A stretch of 63,045 bases of DNA, the filler included, from Octopus bimaculoides (taxonomy: Eukaryota): assembly GCF_001194135.2 (NCBI RefSeq). It is 7 parts of 6 records of this genome, joined end to end, with 100 filler letters (N's around TTAATTAATTAA, not from the genome) between each part and the next. Parts side by side here need not be neighbours in the genome. Positions count along the whole stretch, not along the records: positions 1 to 17,436 come from NC_068994.1; positions 17,537 to 23,034 come from NC_068998.1; positions 23,135 to 28,389 come from NC_068997.1; 4 more parts are not named here. The stretch is one strand, 5' to 3'. The notes under the pieces were generated by a model that saw only the letters and a program-made list of their open reading frames with translations, did no database searches and had not been told where the DNA came from. Below, one piece after another: positions 12,260 to 23,822 of the stretch. A program made the translations under genes and the position numbers. The first letter of the stretch is position 1. Each line of letters opens with the position of its first letter.

Positions 12260-12583
12260 AGTCGAGCAAATTCACCCCAGGACTTATTCTTCGTAAGCCT
12301 AGTACTTATTCTATCGGTCTTTTGTTGAACCTCTAAGTTTCGGAGGACGTAAACACAATGTCAAGACAAGGAGACACACACACACATAGCTACGTGTGTG
12401 TGTGTGCGCGCGCGCACACAATAGGCTTCTTTCAGCTTCTGTCTACCAAATCCACTCACGAGGCCTTGGTTGGCTTGGGGCTATAGTAGAAGATACTTGC
12501 CCAAGGTGCCACACAGAGGGACTGAACACGGAACCATGTGGTTGGAAAGCAAACGTCTTTCCACACAGTCACGCCTGTACCTA
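12260..12583 (-). mobile_element. SINE family A, diverged near-full copy, inverted relative to 11988-12248
   Basis: gtcgagcaaattcaccccaggacttattct...cttgcccaaggtgccacacagagggactgaac..cacacagtcacgcctgtacc. Confidence 0.85.
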
Positions 12584-13344
12584 CACCATCAAATTTGTTC
12601 GTTTTTAAGATAGTATGGCTTGACTTAATAGAGGTTTAGCTGCTATTTCAGACAGGTCGTGCGATGACATTTGAAGCCTTGCTCGTCGTCTTGAAATTCG
12701 TATGTTTACAATTGGTATTCTTTCACATTTTTCTAACGTTATTAATTTATTTTAATCACTACTTATAAGATAGTATCACATCACATCTTCAACGCAGTAT
12801 CATAAGGCTATTTTAGTATTTTTTTCTTTTTCTTTCATTGAGAGAGAAGGAAAAGATGTCTGGAATGAAGGAGAAACGTATAATAATGTGATTTAAAAAT
12901 TGCTTTGCACGCCATCTTAGTTTGAAAGACACGCAATTCTGTGAAATAATTTGAGAAATGTATGTACAGAAAATGATGGTGTGCGCAGCTAAGTTTTCAC
13001 ATACAGCTGCTTCATAAGTCTGGCAATCTTCCTCCTGTTTACGTGGAGCCAGAGTAAACAGTTAATAAACAAGAAACAGAATATTGTAAAAAGTGAATGG
13101 CTTAACAAAGATATGCATTTACGTTATATCATACAAACAAAAAATTTGAATGATATTTCAACCAAGCCTTGAACTAAATTTCTATTGTTAGACTAGACTA
13201 CGTTGTATCACGTTTTTGTGTTTTTTTGTTTTTTTTTTGGTTTATATGATCATAAAATGAAAGTGGGAAAATTATCGTGTGCAATCGACATTAAAAACCT
13301 GAAATTTTGTTCGAATTATTATTATTATTATATAATAATAATAA

Positions 13345-13725
13345 TAATAATAATGATCCTTTTTACTGGAGGCACAAGGCCTCAAATATGTGAGTTGAGG
13401 ACTAGTCGATTACATCGACCCAGTGCGTAACTGGTACTTAATTTATCGACTCCGAAAGGATGAAATGCAGAGTCGACCTCGGCAGCATTTGAACTCAGAA
13501 CGTAAAGACAGAAGAAATACTGCCAAGCACTTCGCCCGGCGTGCTAACGTTTCTTATTTCTTTATTGCCCACAAGGGGCTAAACATAGAGGGGACAAACA
13601 AGGACAGACAAAGGGATTAAGTCGATTACATCGACCCCAAAGAGCGTAACTTGTACTTAATTTATCGACCCCGAAAGGATGAAAGGCAAATTCGCCCTCG
13701 GCGGAATTTTAACTCAGAACGTAAC
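13345..13725 (-). mobile_element. Two adjacent SINE family B copies with different 3' tails
   Basis: Core gtcgattacatcgaccc..gtacttaatttatcgac(t/c)ccgaaaggatgaaa.gca.. occurs twice (near 13395-13500 and 13620-13720). The tails differ: ggcacaaggcctcaaat versus gcccacaaggggctaaacatagagggg. Confidence 0.85.
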
Positions 13726-14520
13726 GTGCGATGTGCGCGTCAGTACGTATGTGTGCGTACCAATCTTTTGCCTTTTTTTTTTTTTTTCGATATAATCTAT
13801 ATCTATAAACTCTGAAAGGCATTTGTGGAAAGTTATGAAGATTTTAAGTCATGCGATGGTAAGCACTTGTGTCGGTATGATGCCTTTCGTTTTCCTCACG
13901 CAAACTAACTTTTAAAATCTTGAAAATCTTATTTCGTATTTTCTATTCATTGACGCAGACGATCGTTTCACTTTCCCCAGACTCAATAAACCGTCTTACT
14001 AAGATATAAAGACATTAACTTGACTGGTGATTACAGCCCGAGAGTTTATGGGAAAGCGATAATTATATATTGTTTTACTGAGCTGTAAATAGAGAAACAG
14101 TTTTTTTCTCTCTTCTACAACATAGAAAGAAGCGGACATTTTCAATGAAATTACTCGTTGCGGATCTTAAAATCGTGAAGACAATACCAGACTCCATTAT
14201 TAAATCACTTTAGCGTGGTGATTTGGCAGAAACAGAGTGACGGCTTTACAATATATTTAGTCTCGTCCCTCTGTTTTGATGAAGTAATAAGTCGTATCGA
14301 GTTCATTCGATCGATTGAATCGATCAAGTACGATGGCTAGATTGTGGTGCTATGCTTATGTAAGAAACCATTATACTTATATATAGGCGTTTGAATATTT
14401 TTTAATGAAATCTTCTACAAATACCTTTCTGGTTGCGTAAATTACGATTATATCGGAATTTAACGTGGAAAAAAAAATTGATGGGTGCACACACATACCT
14501 ACTGACACGCGTCGAAGAAT

Positions 14521-14920
14521 TTTAGTCAAACTTATACGACCCCAGTACTTATTTTTTGTAAAGCCTTCTGCTTATTCTATCGGTCTTCTTTTGCCGAACC
14601 ACTAAGTTACGATGATGTGAACACACCAACACCGGTTGTCAAGCGGTGAGGAAGGGACAAACAAAGCCGCACACACACATTACATACACGCACGCACGCA
14701 CATGTGTGTGTATATATGTTTGTGCCTCTGTGTTTGTCCCCCAATATCGCTTGACAACCGATGCTGGTGTGTTTACGTCCCCGTAACTTAGCGGTTCGGC
14801 AAAATAGCCCGATAGAATAAGTACTAGGCTTCCAAAGAATAAGTCCTGGGGTCGATTTGCTCGACTAAAGGCGGTGCTCCAGCATGGCCGCAGTCAAATG
14901 ACTGAAACAAATAAAAGAGT
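14521..14920. mobile_element. Two SINE family A 3' modules in inverted orientation joined across a CA/TG microsatellite
   Basis: 14521-14670 is the reverse complement of the 3' module and 14725-14920 is the forward 3' module. No head module is present. Confidence 0.85.
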
Positions 14921-15704
14921 AACTTATATTTGTTTTAATAAATGGTTTCTACATATTTTTTTTACATGTATTTAATTTTGTTTTTCAGTATAGGTTTTTA
15001 GGTGTGTTTTTTTCCATTAATTTCTTTTAAAATGAGAGAAAACAACGTGAGGTCGAAGAAGCTGTAACTTGAAACAAAACAAGTTGAGGTACGCTCGTAC
15101 TCCATTCTACTCTGCCGTCACTCCTTGCCGCTGTTATGTAAAACAAATGAAAAAACAGCTTACATATGAACCCAGTTACAACAACAAACAATAATCTCGC
15201 ATTCCAAGATTTAAACATGGAATTCTGAGATAAACTCTCCTACATTCTATCCGCCCTTTAAATTGAGGCATGCACTAAAGCTAGATAAACGAATTTCTAA
15301 TTTAACTTTCAGTCGTTAAAACCCTTTCGAAAAGTGCTTTCATCCTAGTGATATCATTTTTCTCTTGCTGTAAACAACAGTTCGTCAACAGCAGCTATCT
15401 ATTTTACAAGCAGTTAAGTATTTTCGAAACCAAAACGTAATATGGAAATACAATCAACGTATACAAATTTACCGACAACACCCATACAACTAACAGTTTT
15501 GATGTTGATTCAATTAAACAATATACGTCAGCATGTGTGGTTGATTGCTATTGTTGGGTTGTTGAACAAAGATACATTTCGTTGGCTGCGTGAAGAATAA
15601 CAGAAGCGAAACCTACGAACTTGTCTTGATTTAAATTTTATAAGTTTTGTTCTCAATGAGTTTCTCACAGCTTATAAATTTAAATCAGGACAAGTTTTTG
15701 TTGT

Positions 15705-16010
15705 GAAAACTATTTTACTTGCTCCTCAAGAAATTATAATAAATGCCATCAAATGCAATGAATGCACGGAAGACTACATTGGACAAACGAGAAACTCTCT
15801 TTAAGAATGACATTAAATATTCATCGTCAACAAATACGTCATCCCAAAACTAGACAAATTCCACTTGGGGAACATCTGGATTCATGTGCGAAAAATAAAT
15901 TTTTAAATTTCTTGTCTTCCCACTCTATCAACATGCAGACAATACTCTAGATCAAACAAGAGTTAATAAGGAAAGTTCGTTTATTAACAAAAAAAACATA
16001 CTACCTATAA
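15705..16010 (+). mobile_element. Penelope-like element GIY-YIG endonuclease remnant
   Basis: Frameshifted translation FTCSSRN..INAIKCNECTEDYIGQT...IHRQQIRHP....LGEHLDSC....F.VFPLY.....R..KES.FI. Confidence 0.75.
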
Positions 16011-16404
16011 AACAATGGTAATATACGATTCTCCTCTTTCTGTGAATTAATTATTGTAGAGTGTCTGCTTGGACTTGTTCTTAAGAAAACAAAAATCCAT
16101 GTAGCAGCTAGACCGTGTTAACAAAAAGGGAATGTTTTAGCATATTCAATGGGAGGGTACTTGCACTAATTGATAGCCCTATTGTTCGACAAAATAATAA
16201 GCAATAATTATCTATAACACTTTTATGTAAACAATTATTACATCACTTATTCATATCTCTCTTTTCTAATTTTCAATGTGAATATGGTACTTAAGCTTAG
16301 GCACCAGGATTAAGTATGGTACTATCCATACAATTCCAAAACAAGGTGATTAAAATCAAAATAAGCAACAAGGATACCCTGTTGCTTATTTTGATATATA
16401 TCTA

Positions 16405-16435
<31 letters not shown>

Positions 16436-16966
16436 ATATACGTACGTGTAACATAAATAGTTGTATATGTGATCCTGTGTACACAGACAAGTTGTGTAGC
16501 TTAGTTATTCACATAGAAGGGACACTCTTCAGACCAACCGGAAATAAATTTAATATTTATTTTTCTAACGATAAGCAAATTGGAATCGAATTTTAGATAT
16601 ATTTACATTTGTTTAAAACAACAACAAAAACACAAGCAGCAAATACTGCTGCTGCTACGATGTTCGTACAAGGCGAATGAACGCGAAAGCAAATATACTT
16701 CAGAGAGGTCTTTAACCTACGGCATGGTTCAGTGGCCAGACCTCTCTTCCGTCTATGATTAAATGTCAAAATGTCTGAAATTTGCTATTGTTAACAGGAG
16801 GAAAAAGTTTCCGGTCTATTAACTTCAGCTTTTAGAGATGAAAGCTTTGCGCGCGCGCGCGCCCCAACACCCTCACCCTACCCCCACACTCACGCACACA
16901 CACACATACATACATACACATACATACATACACATACATACATACACATATACATACACATCAAGA

Positions 16967-17129
16967 CACAGGCATGGATGTGTGGATAAAAAAGTTCGCT
17001 TTGCAGTCACGTGGTTTCAGGTTCCGTCCCACTGCGCAGCACCTTGGGCAAGTGCCTACTACTATAGCTCCGGGTTCAATTTGGGAGACGGAAACAATGC
17101 GGAAGCCCATGGTATTCGCACACACAAAT

Positions 17130-17166
<37 letters not shown>

Positions 17167-17339
17167 CATATATATACGACGGGCTTCTTTCAGTTTCCGT
17201 CTACCAAATCCTCTCACAAGGATTTGGTCGGCCCGAGGCTATAGAAGAATACACTTGCCCAAGGTGCCACGCAGTGGGACTGAACCCGGAACCATGTGGT
17301 TGGTAAGCAAGCTACTTACCACACAACCACTCCTGCGCC
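16967..17339. mobile_element. Two SINE family A 5' modules in inverted orientation joined across a CA/TA microsatellite
   Basis: 16967-17110 is a diverged forward head and 17175-17339 a near-consensus reverse head. No 3' module is present. Confidence 0.85.
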
Positions 17340-17436
17340 ACCTCTGCACGCATTCAAAACAACAATAACAGTAGCAGCAACAACAACAACGTTTTCTACA
17401 AAAAAATTTTTTTTTCATATAAAATGATTATATTTT

Positions 17437-17536
17437 NNNNNNNNNNNNNNNNNNNNNNNNNNNNNNNNNNNNNNNNNNNNTTAATTAATTAANNNNNNNN
17501 NNNNNNNNNNNNNNNNNNNNNNNNNNNNNNNNNNNN
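17437..17536. other. Artificial contig-joining spacer (44 N + TTAATTAATTAA + 44 N); also at 23035-23134, 28390-28489, 34386-34485, 49620-49719 and 61195-61294
   Basis: Six copies of identical 100-bp length. TTAATTAATTAA places stop codons in all six frames, a standard concatenation device. Confidence 0.95.
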
Positions 17537-18456
17537 GAGCGAATAATGCAGATATTGACAAAGCCCTTACCCACCAATGGTTAATGACCTCTGGCTTGAA
17601 ATCAGAAACAGAGGGGTTTATCATAGCAGCCCAACATCAATGCCTACCTACAAAGAACTACCAGGCCAACATATTAAAGAACGGCAGCTCCCCATTATGT
17701 CGTATATGCCAACAACAAAATGAGACCATCGATCATGTTGTCTCCATGTGCAGTCTGCTTGCGCCTACAGAGTATCTCAACAGGCATGATAGAGCTGCAC
17801 AATATATTCACTGAGTAATATGCAAAAATCTGGACTTGCCACATGATAAAAAACTGGTGGGAACACAAACCACCCCAGTATTTGAAGATGATCACATTGC
17901 ACTCCTCTGACAGAAGGATAGACGCAAATAGGCCAGACATCATACTGAAAGACTTCAGACAAAAATCATGCCTCCTCATTGATATGACTGTCCCAATCGA
18001 TATTAACGTATCTGTCAAGACCTACCAAAAACTGAGCAAATATAAAGATCTTGAAATAGAAATGAGCAAAATGTGGAATCTGAAGACGAAAACAATACCT
18101 ATTGTCATAGGTGCCCTGGGAATGACAGCGAAACGGGCTGATTACTACCTCGCTCAGATACCAGGAAACCCCAAAATGGCTGAAGTTCAAAAGATAGTGC
18201 TCATGGGAACTGCCCATATCCTACGTAAAATACTGTCTATGTGATCTCAAATTTTAAAGCAAACACGTAATTTTCTTATGGTTTCTTAAACATTCACTTG
18301 AACAAAACTGTACAAATCCAAATATATGGTACCCTAGGCATAACACCTACATGAACTTCTAACTTGTTGTCTCTTGAGGTCTCTGGGTGAGACTTGGATC
18401 CAACTTGTACAAATGCAAAACAAAAGTCAAACATAAAAAATAATAACAACAACAAC
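17537..18456 (+). mobile_element. R4/Dong-like non-LTR retrotransposon 3' end (CCHC knuckle plus restriction-like endonuclease), pseudogenised
   Basis: LKSETEGFIIAAQ..CRICQQQNETIDHVVSMC..RHD, then RPDIILKD....LID..K..KY. One in-frame stop and a frameshift. The 3' UTR ends in a (TAA/CAA)n tail. Confidence 0.85.
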
Positions 18457-18838
18457 ATAGACCATGATATAATTAATTGTACATGTAGAGATAAAACTAA
18501 ATGTAAATTTAATAATAAATGTAATTTGGAGGATGTACTATATACATGTGTAGTGACTTTATTTGATGATAATAATAGTAATGGCTATAATTTAAATACT
18601 ATTTACATAGGGTCAATTTGTAATAAAATTAAATTATCGGTGGCTCAACACCTGAATTCATTTAAGAATAGAAGTTTAAAATCTTACTCTCCTGTATATC
18701 AAACACAGGTATCGGAAAACATTCAGGAAAAAAGTGGGGGTATGGAAATGGTAGAACGAAAAGTATACATCGCAGATCAGGTTTTTAAATACGCTCATTA
18801 CAAGCAAAAATTACACAATAGAAAAAATCATTTTAGTT
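18457..18838 (+). mobile_element. Penelope-like GIY-YIG remnant
   Basis: NCTCRDK.KC..NNKCN.EDVLYTCVV....IYIGSI...K....QHLNSF, matching the PLE CxC..C..VVY..YIG..H..SF pattern. Confidence 0.65.
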
Positions 18839-20335
18839 AGATTTGAGCTGTAAATTTGCACGTGCACACAGCAAGAAACGACATAATTCGCACAGAGGTT
18901 TTACTTAGAGTGTTTGTATGTGTGTCAAAGGATGTTATTTTATCACATTCTTTCGTTTGAAGAAGAAAAGTTGTCAATCCGACATGTATGGGATCATCTG
19001 ATTTTTTCATTGATTTCCGTAAAATTGTTTTAATTCTTGTATGCTTTGAAGAGGGTAGAAATTGAATGAGAGGATAAAATGAAATTGTAACATTTATTTC
19101 GAAAGTAAAAAAGAGGAGAACGTATAAGATGTACATGTAGTTGTGTGTGTGTGAGAGAGAGAGAGAAACAGAGAGTGAGTGAGTGAAGGTGTGTGTTGTT
19201 ATGTATGAATTATTTTTCATGTATGTGTAATCGGTACTCACTCTCTGTCTCTCGTTCTCTCTCTCGCTCTCTCACACACACACACGAGCGCATTATATTT
19301 CATATACCCGTATATATCAGAGGTAAAGTATATGCACACCGCCCGTAGCCCTAATCCTAACCCTAAACATAGGGAGTGCGTATTCTTTACCTTTACCCAT
19401 AAATACATATTCATGCATCTTTTTTGTGCGCATGCGCGCCAGTGCGAGAGAGAGAGGATGTTTGTGTGCATGTGTGTCACTGTATATAGAAGTATAGAAA
19501 AATGGATGTCTTTAAATGCATTTTTTGTATTGTGGCTAATTTATAATACATTAAGTGTACATTTTGATAAATGTTTGTTTCAGTAGAATTCTACGCATGC
19601 GTGAAACATCGGACTAAAGTGAAACATTGGAAGCGAATGGAACTATCGTCCACATATGACCTAAAATGGTGTGACCCAACCTAGTTTCTGAGGTTATTTT
19701 AGCTGTAAAAGGAGTTGTTGAATCAAAATCATAGTGTATTTGGTAGATAGATAATAAGGAGCTTTTATTATGATACACATGTGACTAATTCGGAAACATT
19801 ACTTTCAATATTCACACATCGTCACTATCGCAATGCAACACTTTGTAATTTTAGTTCAAACTGAAAGTGAAACTATTTTCATTTCCTAATGGAACCTGGT
19901 AGTTATAGAGATGTGTTTTTGAAATAACTATAGCTGGTTGTTGAGATAACGTGGAAAATATGTAAACAAAAATAAAGTATATTTGACATGTGTAAATGGT
20001 CTTATTGTTCTGACCTTAACATCAGTTAGTAAGAATAGATGTCATTTGATGACACTTTTTGTTTGTACTTGGCTATTTTGTTGTAGGTTCAAACCGTGGA
20101 ATATAGAAATGATACCCATCCTGTCCATTCCACAGAATACGAGTATAGAGGAGAGCATGATAAGAGGGATGGGTCTGTGAAACACATTTAAGGTTATCTC
20201 GAACACGAATGAGAATATTATGACTTTCATGGGGACCACCAACCATAAGGATGTCTACTTCATTAGATGTGGTCTCATTAAAAGAGCGTAAAAGGATTTT
20301 TACTATAGTTTACTATACACGTCAGGAAGGCAGAG

Positions 20336-20378
<43 letters not shown>

Positions 20379-21659
20379 CACACACACACACAAACAAACA
20401 CACATACACATACACACTCATAAAATTGATAATATTCAAAACAGCAAAATGTACACATACGAAGTTCAAACGAAACGAAATGTAGTCAATATAGTTGCAA
20501 AACATACTTTCTCTAGCATAGTTATGCTATAAAAAATGGAAAGTCCCCAATTTAGCAACAGTTACGATGAATCACCAATGTATCAAAGTACAGAAAGTCA
20601 ACATTTATCAGGAACATGTACACATGTTATAAAATTCACGGTTTAAACTGAAAGTCCAAGAAAATTCAGAAGACATAATTAAATTTATCATACAAAAATA
20701 ATTTACTTTACAATTTTGAAACATACACTGAAACAAGTGTATAGAAAGGAAGACGTTGTTGCTGTGAACATTAATTTAAAATATTTACTGAAGCATGTAT
20801 GTAGCAAGATAAATCAATTTGACATTACTATATATTTTTTAACTGTGTAATGTTATAGGCTGTAGAATACATACTGACTAACGCAGTAAAAAGCTTGTGC
20901 GACGTTGATAACCACAGTGATGAAGAAACTTAGGAGGACTGTCAAAAATTATCTTGAAACTGGATGGAGTGGAATAGCATTTCTTAATTATATTAGAAGA
21001 GCCGCTGAGGCTTTCTGCTTCGTCAAGTTTCTGAATTTGTTATAATAACTAAAATAAGATTTTTCTTCAGGTATACTTGCGTGTATTGTGGGTGGTGTTA
21101 AATCAGCCAAATTTTCATGTAGATAGTACTTCAAAACGAAAATTGTTGTTCGTGTAAGTTCCAGGGCGCAAATGAAATTTCAGTATCGGTGTGATTCACT
21201 GTTGGGCGGGAGAAAGTTTCATACATTAAAGTAAGACAAACTCACATACATTAACGTACACATGAAGCCTATCTCTGTACCTGTGTGTGTCAGCCATCAC
21301 AAAAATATATGTATACTGACAGACACATACACCGTCACTTACTTATACGAATACGCGAACACAATCATGTAGAAATTGTGACGTTATCATCGTTGTGGTG
21401 GTGATATAAAATGCCGTGTACGATAGGTGACAAAATGATAAATGACAATGGTCATGCAAATATGTGAATGAAAATACAATTTAATTGGTATCCAACTGAA
21501 TCTTTTTCAAACCCCATACGTCCAAATCGGCAACTCGGTTTTGAAATGCATAAGGAACATACGCAAACACACACACATGCAAACTATCTTTTATGGATAT
21601 ACATATATACTTATATACTCACTCCCCGCCCCACATATATATATAAGAATAACATATTG

Positions 21660-21835
21660 ATGCAGGAGTGGCTGTGTGGTAAGAAGCTTGCTTCCGAACC
21701 ACATGGTTGCTGGTTCAGTTCCACTGTGCGGCAACTTTGGCAAGTGTTCTCTATTATAATCTCGGGCCGACCACTGCATTTCGAGTGGATTTCCTAGGCG
21801 GAAACCGAAAGAAGCCTGTCGTATATGTATATATA
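21660..21835 (+). mobile_element. SINE family A 5' module
   Basis: tgcaggagtggctgtgtggtaagaagcttgc...gaaaccgaaagaagcctgtcgtatatg. Confidence 0.85.
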
Positions 21836-21842
21836 TATATAT

Positions 21843-23034
21843 ATTTGGTTGGCAACTCTCACCGTTTTTTAAATTTAGATTTTTTTAAAGGTTTAATAAT
21901 AAATAACAACTAATTAATCAATAATGTATTCACCCTTGTTGTTTTCAACTGCTTCCCAACGTCCAACAAGATTTTCAATACCTCGCTGGTAGAAATCACC
22001 CGATTTGGACTCGAAAAATTGATCCAACCAAGCTCTAAATTCTGCATCAGTATCGAACGAATCGGAAATCCGTGGGTGCCAAATCAGGAGAGTACGGCGG
22101 GTGTGGCAGCAATTCCCTGCCAAGCGTTTGAATGGCTTCCTTGGTCCTATTGGCGATATAAAGGTGGATGTTGTCGTGCAGCAGTACTCCATGTAGCCGA
22201 TTAGATCTTTTCTCTGAATACCTGTGTTGAGTCGTTCCATCTGCTCAAGCTGTTCCGCGTTGACCATCTGTTCCGCGTTGACAATTTCGTTCCTTTCAAG
22301 CAATTCGTAATGTATAATCCCTTCCCATTCCCACCATACGCACAATATCATTTTACATGGATGAAAATCTTGTTTCACGCGCGCTGTCGCTTGTTTATCG
22401 GGGCTAAGCCATTCCTTAGGCTGCTTCATATTGATGTACAGGCACTATTTTTCTCCTCCAGTAATGATTTCGTAAAGAAATCGTTGTTTGTCCGTGAGTT
22501 GAGCGGTGACGAGCAAGCAAACCAGCAAAATTGTGCTCGTTGATTTTTGTTGTTGTCACTTAAAGCATGCGGAACCCATGCTGCATACTTCTGAACCTTG
22601 CCAATCAAGTGAAGATGCTTCTCTATAGTAGTGTGGGAGCATTCCGTTTTCTCTGCCCGTTCCCTTGTCGATTGACGAGAATTTTCGTGCACAAGTTTGT
22701 TTAATCGCTCTTCATCGAACTCAACTAGACGGCCAGAAGGAGTTGCGTCTTTGAGGTCAAAATTTCCATCTTTGAACTTGGCATACCAATCACGAGCGGT
22801 TCTTTCAGCTATGGTACCCTCTCCATACGCAGCACAAATGTCGCGAACAGCTTTTGTGGCCTTAGAACCTTGATTAAAAGCAAAACAGGGGTGTCGAAAG
22901 TGCTCGTCTTACATTTTAATGAACTTAAAATAAACAAAAATTAACTAAAATTAACTAGAAAGAAAATAAACGAAACAGATTCCAAAATGATTCAAAAATA
23001 TAATTCTTGAAAAAATTGGATTTAGACGTTTGGC
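21843..23034 (-). mobile_element. Mariner (DD34D-type) transposon, frameshifted transposase; 5' end lost at a spacer
   Basis: Minus-strand pieces: FRH..FAFNQG.KA..A.RDIC..YGEG..ERTAR.W..KFK.GNFDL.D, WVPHAL, HPCKMILCVWWEWEGIIHYELL, and the C-terminus FY.RGI.NLV.RW.AV..N.GEYIID. TIR-like tttggttggcaact sits next to (TA)n. Confidence 0.9.
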
Positions 23035-23134
23035 NNNNNNNNNNNNNNNNNNNNNNNNNNNNNNNNNNNNNNNNNNNNTTAATTAATTAANNNNNNNNNN
23101 NNNNNNNNNNNNNNNNNNNNNNNNNNNNNNNNNN

Positions 23135-23264
23135 CACACATATGCACAAATACCTAGATGATGTTGATAAAAGTTCCAATGAAGGAGCCTTGAATCTATG
23201 TTAGAGTCCGGCTCTTTCTCTATGGACAAGAAATACAGAAATGAAACTGATTGATAACATACAT
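23135..23264 (+). mobile_element. 3' UTR end of an RLE-type LINE (older copy)
   Basis: gatgttgataaaagttccaatgaaggagccttgaatctatgttagag..ctctttctc..caagaaat..acatacat parallels 23700-23822. Confidence 0.7.
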
Positions 23265-23822
23265 ATAGACCTGATATAATGATTTGGGATAGAGAAAAGA
23301 AACTATGCACATTTGTGGAAATTAGCTGCCCAACGGATGTTAACATAAAGCTGAAGATCAGTGAAAAAGAGAACATCTATGCTGAGCTATTGAAAAATCT
23401 GCAGTTACTCTATCCAGATTACAAGTTCAGGTTTATGCCTGTAATTATTGAGACCCTGGGTTATGTAACACACTGCCTAAGTACCAATCTAGAGAAATTA
23501 GGCTTCTCAAAATCAGAAAGGAGAAAGCTAATTCAAAGACTACAGATCCAATCCATCACTGGAACTGTAAAAATCTTTAGAACTTTCCAGAAGTTTATCA
23601 TTTAAATATATATGAGCATGTCTAGATATGGAACTTTATGCATGAGAATACATACATAAAACATACAAATCTGCACGCACACATACATGCAAAAACACCC
23701 TGTTGCTGATGTTGAAATTCCAATGAAGAAGCCTTGGATCTAGGTTAGAAACCAGTTCTTTCTCTATTTGCAAGAAATCTTGAAATATACTGAACAATGA
23801 CATACATACATAAATGCATACA
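23265..23822 (+). mobile_element. 5'-truncated RLE-type (R4/NeSL-like) LINE, second family
   Basis: RPDIMIWDREKKLCTFVEISCP.D.N...K..EK...Y (PD..E..K endonuclease) to the stop at 23605, then a 3' UTR ending ctgaacaatgac-(ATAC)n. Confidence 0.8.

Noticed and set aside
13824-13863. ATGAAGATT...ATG|gtaagc as a possible first coding exon
   Set aside because: Very short, with no downstream partner exon or homology; such donors arise by chance.
17481-17492. TTAATTAATTAA islands centred in N runs (six times)
   Set aside because: Identical 44+12+44 layout with stops in all six frames: an artificial joiner, not biology. It also voids synteny arguments across spacers, such as treating the two maT copies as one composite element or linking the two genes.
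19321-19392. ccctaatcctaaccctaa telomere-like units within a small inverted repeat
   Set aside because: Only about three degenerate units, probably part of a small repeat; too short to call an interstitial telomere.
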